Assembly (NCBI RefSeq): GCF_009834535.1
Contig: NC_045696.1
Coordinates: 113,648,001 to 113,712,000, forward strand
Direction of reading: 5' to 3'
DNA: 64,000 bases
Source of the DNA: Camelus ferus
Taxonomy: Eukaryota
Shown here: positions 36,833 to 50,408 of the stretch, one piece after another
Layout of the letters: each line of letters begins with the position of its first letter
Numbering within the stretch: the first letter of the stretch is position 1
Position numbers and translations under genes: made by a program
The notes under the pieces: model-generated
The model's input: the letters and a program-made list of their open reading frames with translations, nothing else
Databases searched by the model: none
Told to the model about the DNA's origin: nothing

Positions 36833-37529
36833 CCTACATGTAACCAGTTCAATCCTTGTCCTGTCCCGCCAGAAATTATCCAGCTGCCTGTGAGATTTCT
36901 GCTCTGCACCTGTCTTGGGCAGGTGTGGGGATATGGGATGTGGGCACAGTCTCACCGTCACCTCTTCCCCAGGCTCCTCCTTCGAAGCACGCATTGGCTC
37001 AGTGGGCCTTGCATCAGCCCAGCCACTTTTTGAACACCCCCAACCCCCACGTACCCAAAGGAGAAGAGAGGTTCGTATCTGACACCTGTGAGTGTGAGGG
37101 AAGTGGGGGAGGGGTTTACACGGTAGCCATGCAACCGACTCCAAGAGAAATTCTATTGTCAGCGGTTAGACAATGAAGTGTGTCCTCAATAGATGCATGT
37201 TTCCATGTACATAGTGAGTCTGCCTTGATGCTGTAGCTCTGTGGGTAAATACCCTGCCCAGAGCCAGACTCCCCAAAGGCAGAAGCCAGTGTCTCCCAGT
37301 TCTAAGCTTCGTTACTGTTCAAAAGGTGACTTCTGCGCAATGAGTTGCTGTCTCAGGATTTAAAAATGCCCATGTGTGACGGGAACTGGGCTTTTGACCT
37401 GAGATGACTCTTCAGAGACAGAAAACCTTTCCAAGGGCAAGGACAGAAAGAGGAGGGCTCCTGAGAGTGAAAGGGCTCCGCGCAGAGTTTAGGGGCAGGT
37501 ATGTCTTTAAACCTGCGTCTCCAACACAC

Positions 37530-37803
37530 GTCACCCTTGCGCACTTGAAGTGAGACTAGTCCGAGCTGAGATTGGCAGGAAGAGTAGAGCACACCCCAGA
37601 TTTTGAAGTTGGAGAGTAAAAAAAAAAGAATGTAAAATATTTCATTATTGATGGCATGTTGAAATGAGATGTGAAACAAATTGGGTTAAATAGGATATAT
37701 TATTAAAATGAATGTCATTGTTTCTGTTTACTCTTTTAATGGGATTTAAAAAGTTTAAAATTACATGTGCAAAAAATGACACATGGCTCACGTTACATTT
37801 CTC
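37530..37803 (-). mobile_element. Second MER33 copy
   Basis: gcacttgaagtg..actagtccgagctgagat...aaagaatgtaaaatat...catgttgaaatga...ttgggttaaata...aaaattacatgtg. Confidence 0.75.
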
Positions 37804-38255
37804 TTTCTTAATTGAAGTATAGTTGATTTATAACATGTTAGTTCCTGGTGTACAGCAAAGTGATTCAGTTATAGAGGTATATTCTTTTCCATACTCTTTT
37901 AAAGATATTGAATACAGTTCTCTGTGTTATACAGTAGGAATGTGTTGTTTATCTACTTTATATATAGTACAGTGTATCTGCAAATCCCAGTCTCCCAGTT
38001 TCTCCCTCCACCTTCCCCTCTGGTAAGCATAAGTTTTTTTTCTATGTCTGTGAATCTCTTTTTGTTTTGTATTTGTTAGTTCATTTGTCTCATTTTTTTA
38101 GATTCCACATATAAGTGATATCGTATGATGTTTGTCTTTGTCTGACTTACTTCACTTAGTATGATCATCTCTAGGTCCGTCCATGTTGCTGCAAATGGCA
38201 TTATTTCATTCTTTCTTATGGCTGAGTAATAACAGTCTATTGTGTGTCTATATCT

Positions 38256-38303
<48 letters not shown>

Positions 38304-38630
38304 CCACATCTTCTTTATCCAGTCATCTGTCAGTGGACATTTAGGTGGTTTCCATGTCTTGACTACTATAAATAGTGCCGCTATGAACACTGGGCATATC
38401 TTTTTGAATTAGAGTTCCCTCTGGATATATGCCCAGGAGTGGGATTGCTGGATCATATGGTAAGTCTATTTTCAGTCTTTTGAGGAATCTCCATGCTGTC
38501 TTCCACAGTGGCTGCACCAAACTGCACTCCCACCAGCAGTGCAGAAGGGCTCCCTTTTCTCCACAGCCTCCCCAGCATTTGTCGTTTGTGAGCTTTTGCA
38601 TGGTGGTCGTTCTGACCGGTGTGAGGTGAT
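37804..38630 (-). mobile_element. 5'-truncated L1 containing an (ATCT)n microsatellite at ~38258-38302
   Basis: Minus-strand remnant [31 protein letters not shown] plus L1 3' UTR. Confidence 0.9.
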
Positions 38631-40950
38631 CCGTTTCTGTTTAATGGTGCTGCTTAAAACACTACCTTCCAAGAGCAAGACGCACGAACCTGGAGGTGGA
38701 AGGAGGGTTCTGCGGAGATCCGCTTTGTGCCCAGCTCTGCGCCGGTCCCCAAACCCAGCTGTGCCACCGGCTGTCTCTTGTCCACTCCAAAGAAGACTAA
38801 ATGGAGGCTCACAAAGGCTAAATGTCTGGCCCCAACCAGCAGAGGGGAGGGGAAGCACTGTGTTAGGATTTAGGGTTACTGAATCCGAAAGCCCGGAGGT
38901 AGGTCCACCCTCAGGAGGGGAGACCCACTGGGGAGAAGGTCAGACCCAAGCCACACAGGAGCTGGGACAGGAGTTTGGAGACAAGACCCGAGGACAGACC
39001 ACGAGCGCCACCTTCAAACTGCCAGAGGTCAGATGGGGCTTATGTAGCATCACAGGGTGGCGGTAGAGTCAGCAGGAAGGAGACGGAAGATGAAATGTTT
39101 CCCCTGAGATCGAGGAAGAATTTTCAACAGTCAGAGCTGCCCAGATTCAGCCATTTGGAAGGCACTGAGGGGCAGGTGCTGGAGGAAACCAAGGAAGGCT
39201 TTTGACACTTGGCCAAGTCCCCAAACACTGCAGTACTATGTTGGGGTCCTGGGTGCCAAATCTCCTGGGTGTTATTAAAATAAACAAGTCCACCCCAGGC
39301 CTACAGAATCAGAGTCTCACAGGGGTGAGGCCAAGTGATGGTCATTTTGAACCAGGGCTGTCGGTAACTGTGATGTGCGTCCAGGTATTGGGGCCACTGG
39401 TGCACGGAGCGTGTTGGAACATCATTGGATGGCTGGATTATGTGACTTTTCAGATCTCTTCTGGTGGTGAATTCTGTTGTTCCACGTCAGGTAAAGCATG
39501 CCAGCACAGTTACGGTGAGTGAACTCGGCCAGTGGGTTATCTCCTTACTTGGCCCGCTCACTATTTAATAGGAGATCTCTTCAGCCAAAACAGTAAAACT
39601 GCTAGTTGTCCACATTAATCGGCGTGAATCCTATTCGACTTCTTTTTGAACTTTGATGAGTCAGGGGTTCAGGGGAAGGGGCAAGGGACGAGGGGAAGTA
39701 TTTTCGCATCTCTTCGGGCTAGTAGCAATGCCAGAAGTCCGCACGCATTGCTGGGAACCAATTCCAGGCCCTTCTGTCGAAGCTGACCTGGAACTTCAGT
39801 TTGCTTTCCTACAGGTGAGGACAGCCAAGGTGCAGAGCTTCGCCTGCGGCTGAGACCGTGTTAACAGTCTCCAGGGAAGCGGCTTCCATAAGCTTGATTC
39901 ACAGCCCACCCGGGACCAAAAGAGCCAAGGGCCAGGTGCCTTCAAGTTTTGAGGGATTGTTGGGAACACATCTGGGACACAGACCTAGTTGGACAGTGCA
40001 ACCAGAGGAGAGGCAGCAGCAGCAAACAGAACCAGAAAAGGGGCCATTGATGGCTGAGAGAGAAATCCGGGGCCCTCCGCTCAAGTGGAAGAGGTCCCAG
40101 GGACTGATCTGCTGTTTCAGAATGTCTGTATCACCAAACCCAGAGGCTGTGGGCTGTCCCCCTGGCCACCGTGGGGACTGCAGCAAAGGCAGAGGAGGGT
40201 CCCCTTTCCGAAAAGCAAATGAAATTGTCACATCTTTGCCCAGGAAGCTAAGCAAAAGTTCATCATTTTCCTGTCTTTTTCATGAAAGGATTGCCTGGAG
40301 AACAGGTACTGAACTGAAGAAATTAGCTTAGGTGGCCGTCAGGAGGCCAGGTAAAAAGCGACCGTGGTAGCAAACATCTTAATTAAGCCTGAGCCAATGG
40401 CTGCTCGATCGGGAAGAGTCATGAATGCAAAGCAGGCAGTGATTGGTTCCAGCTTCTCCATTTCTCCCCAAAGGGCATTATTATGTTCTTTGCTTCATTC
40501 AGCTATTAAACATGGTCTTTTGAGAATAATATCTGGATTTAGGACACGTGGAATCCATTTTTTTCCTCCCAGAACTTCAGTTAAGTCATTTGTCTCCACT
40601 CCTTCTAGCTTATCATATTTCTGGCACAACTGCTTGTATCGTCCCTTCTAGGATAATGTGAAGCTGGTGCTCACAGCCCTTTGCAGCTCTATATCCAGAC
40701 GCTCTCCTTCTCAATACTTGAGGAACTGCTGTCATTTTGAACTTGCGCCTGCAGTTTGTGGTCCTAGATAAGCGACTCCCCTGTGGATGCAGTTCAGAGA
40801 ACTGTCCACATCTAGAAAGAGTGGGGGATTGCTCAGGGATGGAGCTGGCAACGAAAGCGCCTGCATCTTCCCAAAGTAGGAATTCTACTGGGAATTTGGA
40901 GAAATCCAACATAGTCTGACTTTGCTTTCAAAGAAGTGGTTCATGTTGCC

Positions 40951-41110
40951 AAGAGAGTAGATCCTAAAAGTCTTCATCTCAAACACAAACACAAACACAC
41001 AAATAACTCGACCATTTTGCAGTGTATATAAATATTGAATCATTCTGTTGTGTACCTGAAACTAATGTAATGTTATATGTCAATTATACCTCAATTAAAA
41101 AAAAAAAAAA
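40951..41110 (+). mobile_element. L1MA-type 3' end with A tail
   Basis: gtacctgaaactaatgtaatgttatatgtcaattatacctcaattaaaaaa. Confidence 0.75.
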
Positions 41111-42499
41111 ACAACTGCTTTCAGGGAAAAAAAATAATAAGTGGTTCTCACAGTGAGATCTCTAGTGGCTGTGAGTTAATCCAAAAATGCAGCTCTTTCC
41201 ATCTGCTTTTTAAAATTTGATTGATTGATTGATTTACAATGTTGTCTTAGTTCCTGGTGTACAGAAACTAAGCATAGTGATTCAGTTATACATATACATA
41301 TATCGTTTTTCAGCTTTTTAAAAAATGTACCACTCAGACTCACTTACTATTAATTTGAGAACTCTACTTAGTCCTAAGAGGTCCTAAGAGGCTGGGACAA
41401 CATTTAGTATCATTACTTTGACTTATTTTTTTTCCCTACCAAATAGATTTTCTGACCTAGTATGCCTTGTAAACACAGCTACAGACCCATGTCTGGGTAA
41501 ATAACAATTCCCTGCTGTTACCGAGTTGCTGCTCCTTTGGGTGGTTGACATGCGTGGGCTTTTGGAGTCTTTTGTCTCAATCAAATGGTCTGGAACCAGA
41601 AGAGTGGGCAAGGCTCTCATCTAAGAGTGACATGTAGGAGAAAGAACAAGTCTGGGAGTCAGACCACTTCAAGGTCAAGCCCTTCGGGCCTCCGTGTTCC
41701 CATCTGCGGCTGCACAGGGCACCTGGCAGAGGTGGGTAGGGGGCTCAGTCCAGCCTGCACTCTGCCCGCCCAGCCCAGGGCTGTGTCTACCTGGTGGAAG
41801 GGAGAGCCAGGAGCTGCCTTTTGTCTCTGATATACATGAAGGCAGCCCAGCCTCAGCTTCTGGCAGCCCTGTCGTACATCTTAGCAGCAGAGTGACTTTA
41901 GGAGGGTGCTTGTCATGTCTGCACATGCGGTTGTAGAGGAATCACTCCTCCTTGCAGGGCTGGTGGAAGGTAACGAGGTCATGCATGTGAGTGGCCCGGT
42001 CCACAGTCACGCTCTGGTCCCAGCCCTGAACTCAGATGGCCATGTCCCTGGGGTGAAGGGACTTCTAGCTGAGGTGACCTGGTCCAGCTGCAGCTTCTTT
42101 CATCTTGGTGGCAAAACAGAGCAGTGAAGGCCTCTGGAGACAGGCAGGCTGAAGGGTCAGTCCCAGTTCCACGGCTCACGCCCTATGTGACTTGGAGCAA
42201 GTTACGGAAGTCCGCTGCGCTCCTATGTCCTCGTCTGGAAAACGAGTACAGAATAAAACTTATTTCAGAGTGCTGTTGAGCAGATGAAATGAACTCATAA
42301 GCACACCTGGCCCATTCTAGGTGCTCAACAAACTTGAGTTCTTTCCTCCCACCCCCAACCCCTCCTACTCTAAATCTTTGTTGTGTTTAACATTTACCAA
42401 ACTCCATCCAAAGAGAATTGTAGTCCTTTCCTTCATCAGTGCTCTGTCCTTAAGCCCCTCAAAATTACCTATGGCTTTATAAGTGAATCTAATTAAAGC

Positions 42500-43780
42500 A
42501 AGTAACCACTTCATAGACTTACTACATCCTGGCAGCCGTGTGGATTAACTGGGTAGAAAAGGTCAGAAGGGGATACGAAAGATGGTACTGAATAAAGGGC
42601 CCAGAAACCATCCTAAATATATTGTGGGCTTGAGATGAGTTAGCAGTGGCCCTACAAACCAGGGATACTGGAGCAGCTGGCTATCCCAGTGGAAAAAATG
42701 GGAATGGAAAAATGGGAAAAATAAATCAAGTTAGATCTCTATCTCACCCATCCTGATGGGGGTGAAATCCTGTATGTGAAAAGCAAAACTTTAAAATGTT
42801 TACATAACCTTAGGGGCAGGCAAGGATTTCTTAGAGATAATACAAAGAAAAAAGAACTCAGATTAAAAAGTGGATCCATCTGAGTTCATCAAAATGAAAG
42901 TCATCTGTACTAGAGCAGACACCATAAAAGGGTTAAAAGTCTGGTGGCAGTCTAGAAGGTATGTGTAAGAAATGAAGACGGATGGATTGTATGCAGAGTA
43001 TGCAGAGAGCTACACATTAACAAGAAAAAGACAAACGACCCAAGAGAAAACGGCAAAGGACAGGGACGGTGCATGTAAGAGGACCTCAGGACAGCCATCA
43101 TCCCCAGATGAGCGTGCCTCCGACCTCTCATCTGCCGGGAAATGAAAGTTAAAAACCCCAAAGGCTCCCATGGGGTCAGCGGAAATCAAAACGTCCGACA
43201 AAACCAAGTGAGAGCAGGTGTGTCCACGCCCTGCTGGAGGGACTGTAAATCTGAACAGGGCTGTGCGGCGCAACCTGGTCATACCCAGGAAAGTGGACTG
43301 CAGCTGAAATCTGTGAAGTCGCAGCAGCGTACGCAATAGCCACGCATTGGAAACCTGAACGGCCATCACGTTGGGGTGTGTGACCACACCGGGGAGCGTT
43401 CGTGGCAGTGGGGCGGGGGACACACAGGGTGGTTTCATCTGCTTGTGCTCCTGTGGCTGCAGCTTAGCACTGAGTGAAAACAGTAACTAAGCAGGAAGTG
43501 CATTCGCGTAAGTGATGACCCAGCGACACTGTGCACCGGGTAGAGTGCACATCCATTCAGCAAAAGGATGAAACACAAGCCAGAAGGACGCATGCTGAGT
43601 TTGTGGTCACACACACCTTGGGGAGGGTGGGGGGAAGAGGGCGGGGAGGTGTTTATTTTACCCGTAATGTTTGTTCGGTTGCTTTTGATTATTTAATGAC
43701 AAACTGTCAACATGTTGTTCCTTCTGAGTGCTGGGTATGCCCGTGTTTTTACTGTTTATTAGAAAAAAATTTAATAGAAA
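42500..43780 (+). mobile_element. Very old L1ME-like fragment
   Basis: Degenerate ORF2/3' motifs (ggcaaggatttcttag, gagttcatcaaaatgaaa, ggaaatgaaagttaaaa). Confidence 0.55.
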
Positions 43781-45794
43781 GGTTTACTTAGAACTCTGGA
43801 ACTTTGAAAACAATGAGGATTGAGTTTGAGGTTTGCCTGTTGGGATTCAATTCAGAATAGTCATAGGATTTTAAATTACTACAGAATTGGTTGGAGGGGA
43901 GAAAAGAAAGAAATGGAAAGGAAAGAGATGGGAGAGGGGTCTGCCTGAGGTGGGGACTGGCTCTGGCCGCACTGCCGGACCTCAGGAGTGACAACGCCAC
44001 CCGCAGCTGGGGACCTGTGCCCAAAGGTCCCTCTCTGCTTCTGTGCCAAACAGGTTTGTGACCATCACCAGCTCATGGGTTAATTAATGATTATTTATTC
44101 TAACAACCAAGCTCGTGGCTCCCTGCAGTCTGTTGTCAGCTAATGCTTTCACCTCGTTTCTCTCTCTCTCTTCTTTTCCATCTAGGTCTAAACTCACGTT
44201 TCCTTACTGCTAGGAGTTTGTGACCAGGGTTTTTACAACCACTTGTATAAAATTATTCTGTTATTTATTTTACCCCAGAGCTTCTTAAAATGTCATCGGT
44301 TTATACTTAACAACTCTTTTATACTGACTCACAGAGAGGCTGGGTGAATCTAATGATGTCCCACCATTGTCACCAGTGTCCTCGAGCAGTTGCTGGCTAC
44401 CAGGACGGGTGCTGGATGGGAAACACACCGTGGGCCAGCGGATACACAGTCATCACTTTATCTCTGTTTATATGAAGCAGCTTTCCTTGAATGGACCCAG
44501 GGATCTAATTACATGGTTACAGCCAAGGACTCAGGTATAAAACAGATCCAATAACTTGTTATGAAGGACGTGGATATGCTAACTACTCACTCGCAGAGCT
44601 CCGATGCACCGCGGAGGACGGAGTTAAAGCCAGCGAACGTGAACCCACCAAGGTGCAGGCAGTGTGGTTCAGAAACCACATTTGATTAATCACAGCCTTA
44701 GTAAAGTATTTTATGCTTCAATACGTTTGTAATTGACCAATGATTATTTTCTCTGGAATATAATGGCCGATAATAAAATCCAGACACTGGGACCTTTATC
44801 ACGTAATTAAGCATTTTTAGTTCTATTATACAAGCAGTTGACAATGGGGTTTGTTTAGAGGAGGTGACGCTTAATTTTAGTTTCTTATAATTTTTTCAGA
44901 TTATTTCACATAAGCAACCTAACAGTCTTCTTTTTATGTCTTTTCTCCCTGAGAAAAGGATGATTTCTAAGAGCAAACACCTTTTCCTACGCCTAGCTCT
45001 TAGCAGAGTTCCATTACCTAATATGCAAAAAAATTACATTTTATTTATTGTTTAAGAAGATGAAACTTTACTTAGAAGGCACATGTTTACTGTATCTATC
45101 TTTGTGATCATACCTAATGCTTTTAAAGAAAAAAACAAGGAAGAATGGGGAAAGAAGTCTTAAAAGTTAGCAAGAGCAGACATTCATTCCTGGAGTCTAA
45201 GTGACAGAATACAGTAGGTGGAACGGTTCTAACCAAATTCATCATCTAATATTGTATAATATAGCTATGGCTTAATGCCCATAAATGCAAGATGTCAAGT
45301 TGCTACCTGGAACACGTTTACCTCAGCTGCACCACCCTGGGCTGGGACCACCCCTTCCCAGAGTGGAGGAATTGGGGCCTTTTTATGGCTGAGAAAAAGG
45401 AATGCCCCCTCTCCACCTCTGAGGGCACCCCTATTTGCAGAAAGGGGCAAACCCTCAAGTTCCGTGAGACTCCTCCGTCCTGGGCCCACAACGCACGACC
45501 GCGCAAAGGAAGTTTCACCAGCAGACAAAACTCTTCACCGGACAAGGCTTCGGATGAGGTGGGTCTCCGTCTCAGAGGATCCTGAGCTGACAGGTTCCTC
45601 ACAAGTGTTTTCTCACTGAGAACAGTTGGGGCCCTGAGGTCTGCACAAGGTGGACTTCAAAAGGGCAGAGCGCAGAGGGCAAGGCCTCCTCCTGTGACAT
45701 TGTGCCCGGATGGCTCTCTGAGGGGGCCGGGAGATGCACCCCCCGACCTCTGCCCACCTGATCCTCAGCCCTGTCCTAGCGAGGCTGTGCCTGT

Positions 45795-46645
45795 AAATTC
45801 CATTTTATGGCTTCTAAATACAGAGAAAAGCCCCAAGAGATAAGTGCTTCAGGAGTCAATAGTACCTAAAATAATGTTAAATCAATATCTGAAGATAGCT
45901 TTTCCAAATTTATTGAGGTCCATCAGCTGCACATGGGCATGTGTACAACTGGGTCCATTGTGGCACAGGTCTGCAACAGCGAAATCACCCCACACCGAGA
46001 TACCATTTGCATCACCCCCCAAATTTCCTTGTGCCCTTTTGTCACCCATCCCTCCGTCCACCCGTCTCCAGGCAACCTCTGATCTGTTTTCTGTCACTGT
46101 GGATTTGTTTGCATTTTCTAATATTTTATTTTATTTTTATTTATTTTTGGGGGGATCATAAGTGCTATCACCTTTAATAATTTTTATTTTTAATTCTTCT
46201 AAATTTGAGCTTCATATTAGATATTTTCATTCTTTGGAGCAAGATTTTCTTTTTTTTTTAAATATATTTTTATTGAAGTATAGTCAGTTTACAACATTGT
46301 GTCAATTTCTGGTGTACCATTTTCTAATATTTTAGATAAATGAATTCATACAGTATGAGTGACTTTTTGTTTGGCTTTTTCTTACTCAGCGTAATTGTTT
46401 GGAGATTTCTCTATGCTACCGTGAGTATCAACAGTTCACCTCTTTACATTGCTGAGTAGTGTTCTGGCATAAAGATCTGTGACACTGTGTTTATTCTGCT
46501 GATGTTTGTTTCCAGGACCTTAAATTTTTATGGGCATTAATAATCGATGGTTAGATATTTGAACCTGCTTAAAAAGGATGTGTTCTTCCTGAACTCCTTC
46601 TTCCCCTGAGAGGGCGTGGCAGTGCTGGTGTCCCCTCCCCTGCTT
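45795..46645 (+). repeat. Left arm of an inverted duplication
   Basis: Reverse-complement match to 48338-48996 along its whole length, apart from an insertion at 46128-46333. Confidence 0.92.
46128..46317 (-). mobile_element. Tiny L1 3' end plus extra sequence and a second tail, within a 16-bp TSD
   Basis: TSD cattttctaatatttt at 46112-46127 and 46318-46333; L1 end attgaagtatagtcagtttacaacattgtgtcaatttctggtgtac. Confidence 0.8.
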
Positions 46646-47503
46646 CACAGGGCTGTGCCCAGAGGCTCTGGGACAAAACCAGCACTGCAGGGTTTCCTGC
46701 CTGCTTTCTACAGACCCTGCCGGCTTGAAACTGGGAATCCACGCTCCCATCGGTTAACTGACTCTGCCTTAGGTCACAGAACCCTAGGACAGAGACAGGT
46801 CTGGACCCAAAGCGCTGACTCCTGGCCCTGCTCTGTCTACACCTCCTCACTGCGTCTGCCTGGCTGGGGCTGGGTGGGCTTTGGCCACCGGGGTCAACCG
46901 TCCCCACCGCTTTCTGCCTGAGCATCCACCTGGGACCGTCGCTTACTGGCTTAGCCTGTAGCAGGAGGTGGCCAGTGCCAGGAAGGAGCTGTGTGCCATG
47001 TCTTTCTGCATCTCACAATCTGATGGGATGAGCAGTGAGGCGGTTGGGAGTTCAGAGGAAGTAGATTTTCATTCTGAAACTGCCACCTGCCAGCAGTGTA
47101 TCCTAGGGAACCTCTTGCGTCTCAGTTTTTTCCTTTGTAAAAATGAGACTATAAATATCTCCTCGGGGTCATGACGATGAAATAAGTTAATGTAGGTGAG
47201 CTGAAGGTACATGATAAAGAGTCATACATTTTTTTCCCTTTCCTTTCTTTATTGCCTTCCCCCACCTCCAACACTCCTCTTCCAAATACTTACATCTCTT
47301 TCCCCTGAACCGAAGAGAAAGGTGGTCTGTCATGGTACAATATTAGTAGATTTCCAAGACAATTCCAAAGAGTAAAAACCTCATTAATTTGGATTCTGTT
47401 CAGCCTTCGTAGAAATTTAGCCAGGACTGAGATAAAAGAAATATTCAAATACTGAGATACAGGGAAGTCATTCTGGCTTACACATGAGTTAACTTGAATT
47501 TTA

Positions 47504-47952
47504 TGCTAAATAAAACAGCTTGTTTGTGGCTTATCAAACGTACCTTGTACATCCACTTTAATTAATTAAAGAAAAAGGCTCATTGACCAGAAGTAAAGAA
47601 TGTCCATGTTAAAAATAAAGACTAAATGCCCCTCTTCCTGGGACACCAGTGCCGGTCCTCCCTTGATGATAAGATTCTCTTCCCAAGTTCATGGCTATAC
47701 TGTACATGCCACACATGTACATGCTAGTCTGTTTTTTGTTTCTTTGTTTTTTTTTGAAACCTTAAAGAAATACAACCCTAACTTGTTTAATGTTCTTTGT
47801 TCTGACTCTGTATAAAACTGCTGGAAACCATGCTTCTCCGGAGCAGCATCTCAGACTAATCTGGGAAGCTGGCTTCTGGGCTAGTCCACAGGCTCAAATA
47901 AAACTCTTTTGTATTCTTATTATTGATTGATTATTGATTATTTTTGTCAACA
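47504..47952 (+). mobile_element. ERV-type solo LTR
   Basis: TATAAAA near 47811, AATAAA near 47898, terminal tgtcaaca; 5' boundary uncertain. Confidence 0.55.
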
Positions 47953-48337
47953 ACTATCTCCTTGTTGTCTCTAAAGAGAGGGTTTGTTACACTAAAGTGC
48001 ATTAGTCAGGAAAGGCCAGGCTTATGCCACAGTAACAAACAGTCCCAAATCACAGGAGAGGTTACTTCTCCTGGACTGAAGTCCACTGCAGGTTGGGTGG
48101 CTCTCCAAGGCCTCTGCCTCCATCAGGTGGTTCTACCAGCTAATCACAGCCTCCACTCTCCCTGCTGAAGAGGGAAAGAAACCGGAGCTTGTATACAAGC
48201 TCCTTGCTCCCTCCACTGGGAGATAATTCTCAACTCCTCTGCTTACACTGTATTGGCTAAAACTAGCCATCAGGCCCTACCAGTGTGCAAAGGGGCTGGG
48301 GAGTGCATTTTCTATGTTCTTGAGAAGCAACAAGGCA

Positions 48338-48996
48338 AAGCAGGGTTAGGGGGACACCAGCACTGCCCCGCCCTCTCAGGGGAAGAAGGAGTTCAGGGAG
48401 AACACATTCTTTTCTAAGCAGGTTCATGTATCTAAACATCAATTATTTATGTACATTAAAAATTTAAGATCCTGAAAACAAACATCAGCAGGATAAACAA
48501 ATTGTCGCAGATCCTTACAACAGAACACTACTCTGCAAAAAAAGGGCGTGAACTGTTGACACTCACAACCACATGGAGAAATCTCAAAACAATTATGCTG
48601 GGTAAAAAAAAGCCAGACAAAAGCCAAACAAGAAGTCATTCATACTCTATGAATTCATTTATATAAAATAGTAGAAAATGCAAACAAATCTACAGTGACA
48701 GAAAACATCAGCGGTTGCCTGGAGACAGGGTGGATGGAGGGATGGATGACAAAAGGGCACAAGGAAATTCTGGGGGTGATGCAAATGGTACCTCGGTGCA
48801 GGAGTGTTACCCAGGTGCAGACCTGTGTCAGAACAGACCCAGTTTTACACTTGCACATGTGCAGCTGATGGACACCAATAAAGTTGAAAAACTATCTTAA
48901 GATACTGATTGTACATTAACTTTAGGTACTATTGACTCCTGAAGCACTTGTCTCTTGGGGGCTTTCTCTGTATTTAAAAGCCATAAAGTGGAATTT
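48338..48996 (-). repeat. Right arm of the inverted duplication
   Basis: For example, tttaggtactattgactcctgaagcactt is the reverse complement of aagtgcttcaggagtcaatagtacctaaa at 45842. Confidence 0.92.
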
Positions 48997-49354
48997 CGTG
49001 ATACATACTGAAGAGTCTGTTCACCACCACCCTGCTCTCTCCAGTTTACTCCTGATCCACCGCAGACTGTTGCCTGGTGCTTTGCAATGAAGAGAAAAAT
49101 CAGATTCGGATCCTGGCTCACCACTTGCTTCCTGTTTGGCTTTGGGCAACTTATTGAACGTCTCTGAGACCCTCACATATTCCTTGGCAGAACTGTCATG
49201 CAAGTGTGCCAAGCCCCCTCCCGGAGCCCGCCAGAGACGGCGCCTAAACCTTGAGCACCTGCCCCAGGGGTCCTGCTTCCCTCCTGCCACACCATTTGAA
49301 ACTTCATATTAGGGTTATTCCTCTGGTTTTGAAAATAACTCATCTTCATTGGTT

Positions 49355-49880
49355 TCCAGGCCCTGATTAAATCCAAACAAAATCTAAGGGGTTGCCCAAA
49401 ACTCAGTAATCAATCATATTTTTAAAAAATCAAAATTAATACGGAAATTCATGATGAACAAAAAATTAAAAATCTAAATAAAATAAAAGGCTCAATCTTG
49501 TCCCAATTCCTTTTTGAGCCCTTTTCCAATGCTGGCAATTCTCACTGAATCTAATTTCTTCATACCCAAGGTATTAAATGTCAGTTCCCCTGGAATAAAT
49601 GAGTTACATCTCAAGACTTTCAAGTGTTTCTTCCAGAGCAACTCATGAAGGAATTGGAATAAGTAAGAATTGTCAGCACTGGGGAAAGGGCTTGAAAAGG
49701 AATTTGGGGCAGGACTGACATGGTCTTTATTTAAATTTTTTGATACCTTGATCATCATGGATTTTTGAAATCATTTTGATTTTTAAGAATATTTCATAGC
49801 TATTATTTATGTTGATTACTGAGTTTTTTGGAGATCCTTTTATTTCTATGCTTAAGGTCAGTGCACCCTTGGCCTGGCCT
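49355..49880. mobile_element. Two oppositely oriented copies of an old hAT-type MITE (MamRep38-like, name tentative)
   Basis: aaaactcagtaatcaa...aaaatcaaaat...catgatga at ~49398-49480, with its reverse complement at ~49725-49830. Confidence 0.55.
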
Positions 49881-49989
49881 GTGGGAAAGACAAACTTGTC
49901 TGTCCCAATTTTGCCTGGTAAGCAAGGCAGAAAAGGAAAGCCGTGTAACGTTTAAAGTGCCCACGACTTGGAAGCAGACTCAGCGAGGT

Positions 49990-50408
49990 TTTTTGTTTTG
50001 TTTTGATTTTAATTGAAGCATAGTCAGTGTACAATGTTGTGTCAATTTCTGGTGTACAGCACAATGTTTCAGGCATATGTATACATGCATATATTCATTT
50101 TCATATTCTTTTTTTATTACTGGTTACTGCAAGATATTGAATATAACTCCTTGTGCTATATATACAGTAAAAACTTGTTTGTCTATTTTATAAATAGTAG
50201 TCAGTATCTGCAAATCCCAAACTCCCAATTTATCCCCTCCCACCGCCTTTACCCTCTGGTAACCATAAGTTTGTTTTCTATGTCTGTGAGTCTATTTCTG
50301 TTTTGTAAATAAGTTCATTTGTGTCATTTTTTAAAAAAAGATTCTCTATATAAGTGATATCCTATGGTATTTCTTTCTCTTTCTGGCTTACTTCACTTCA
50401 AATGACAA
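49990..50408 (-). mobile_element. L1 3' UTR fragment
   Basis: T-rich tail then aattgaagcatagtcagtgtacaatgttgtgtcaatttctggtg. Confidence 0.9.
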
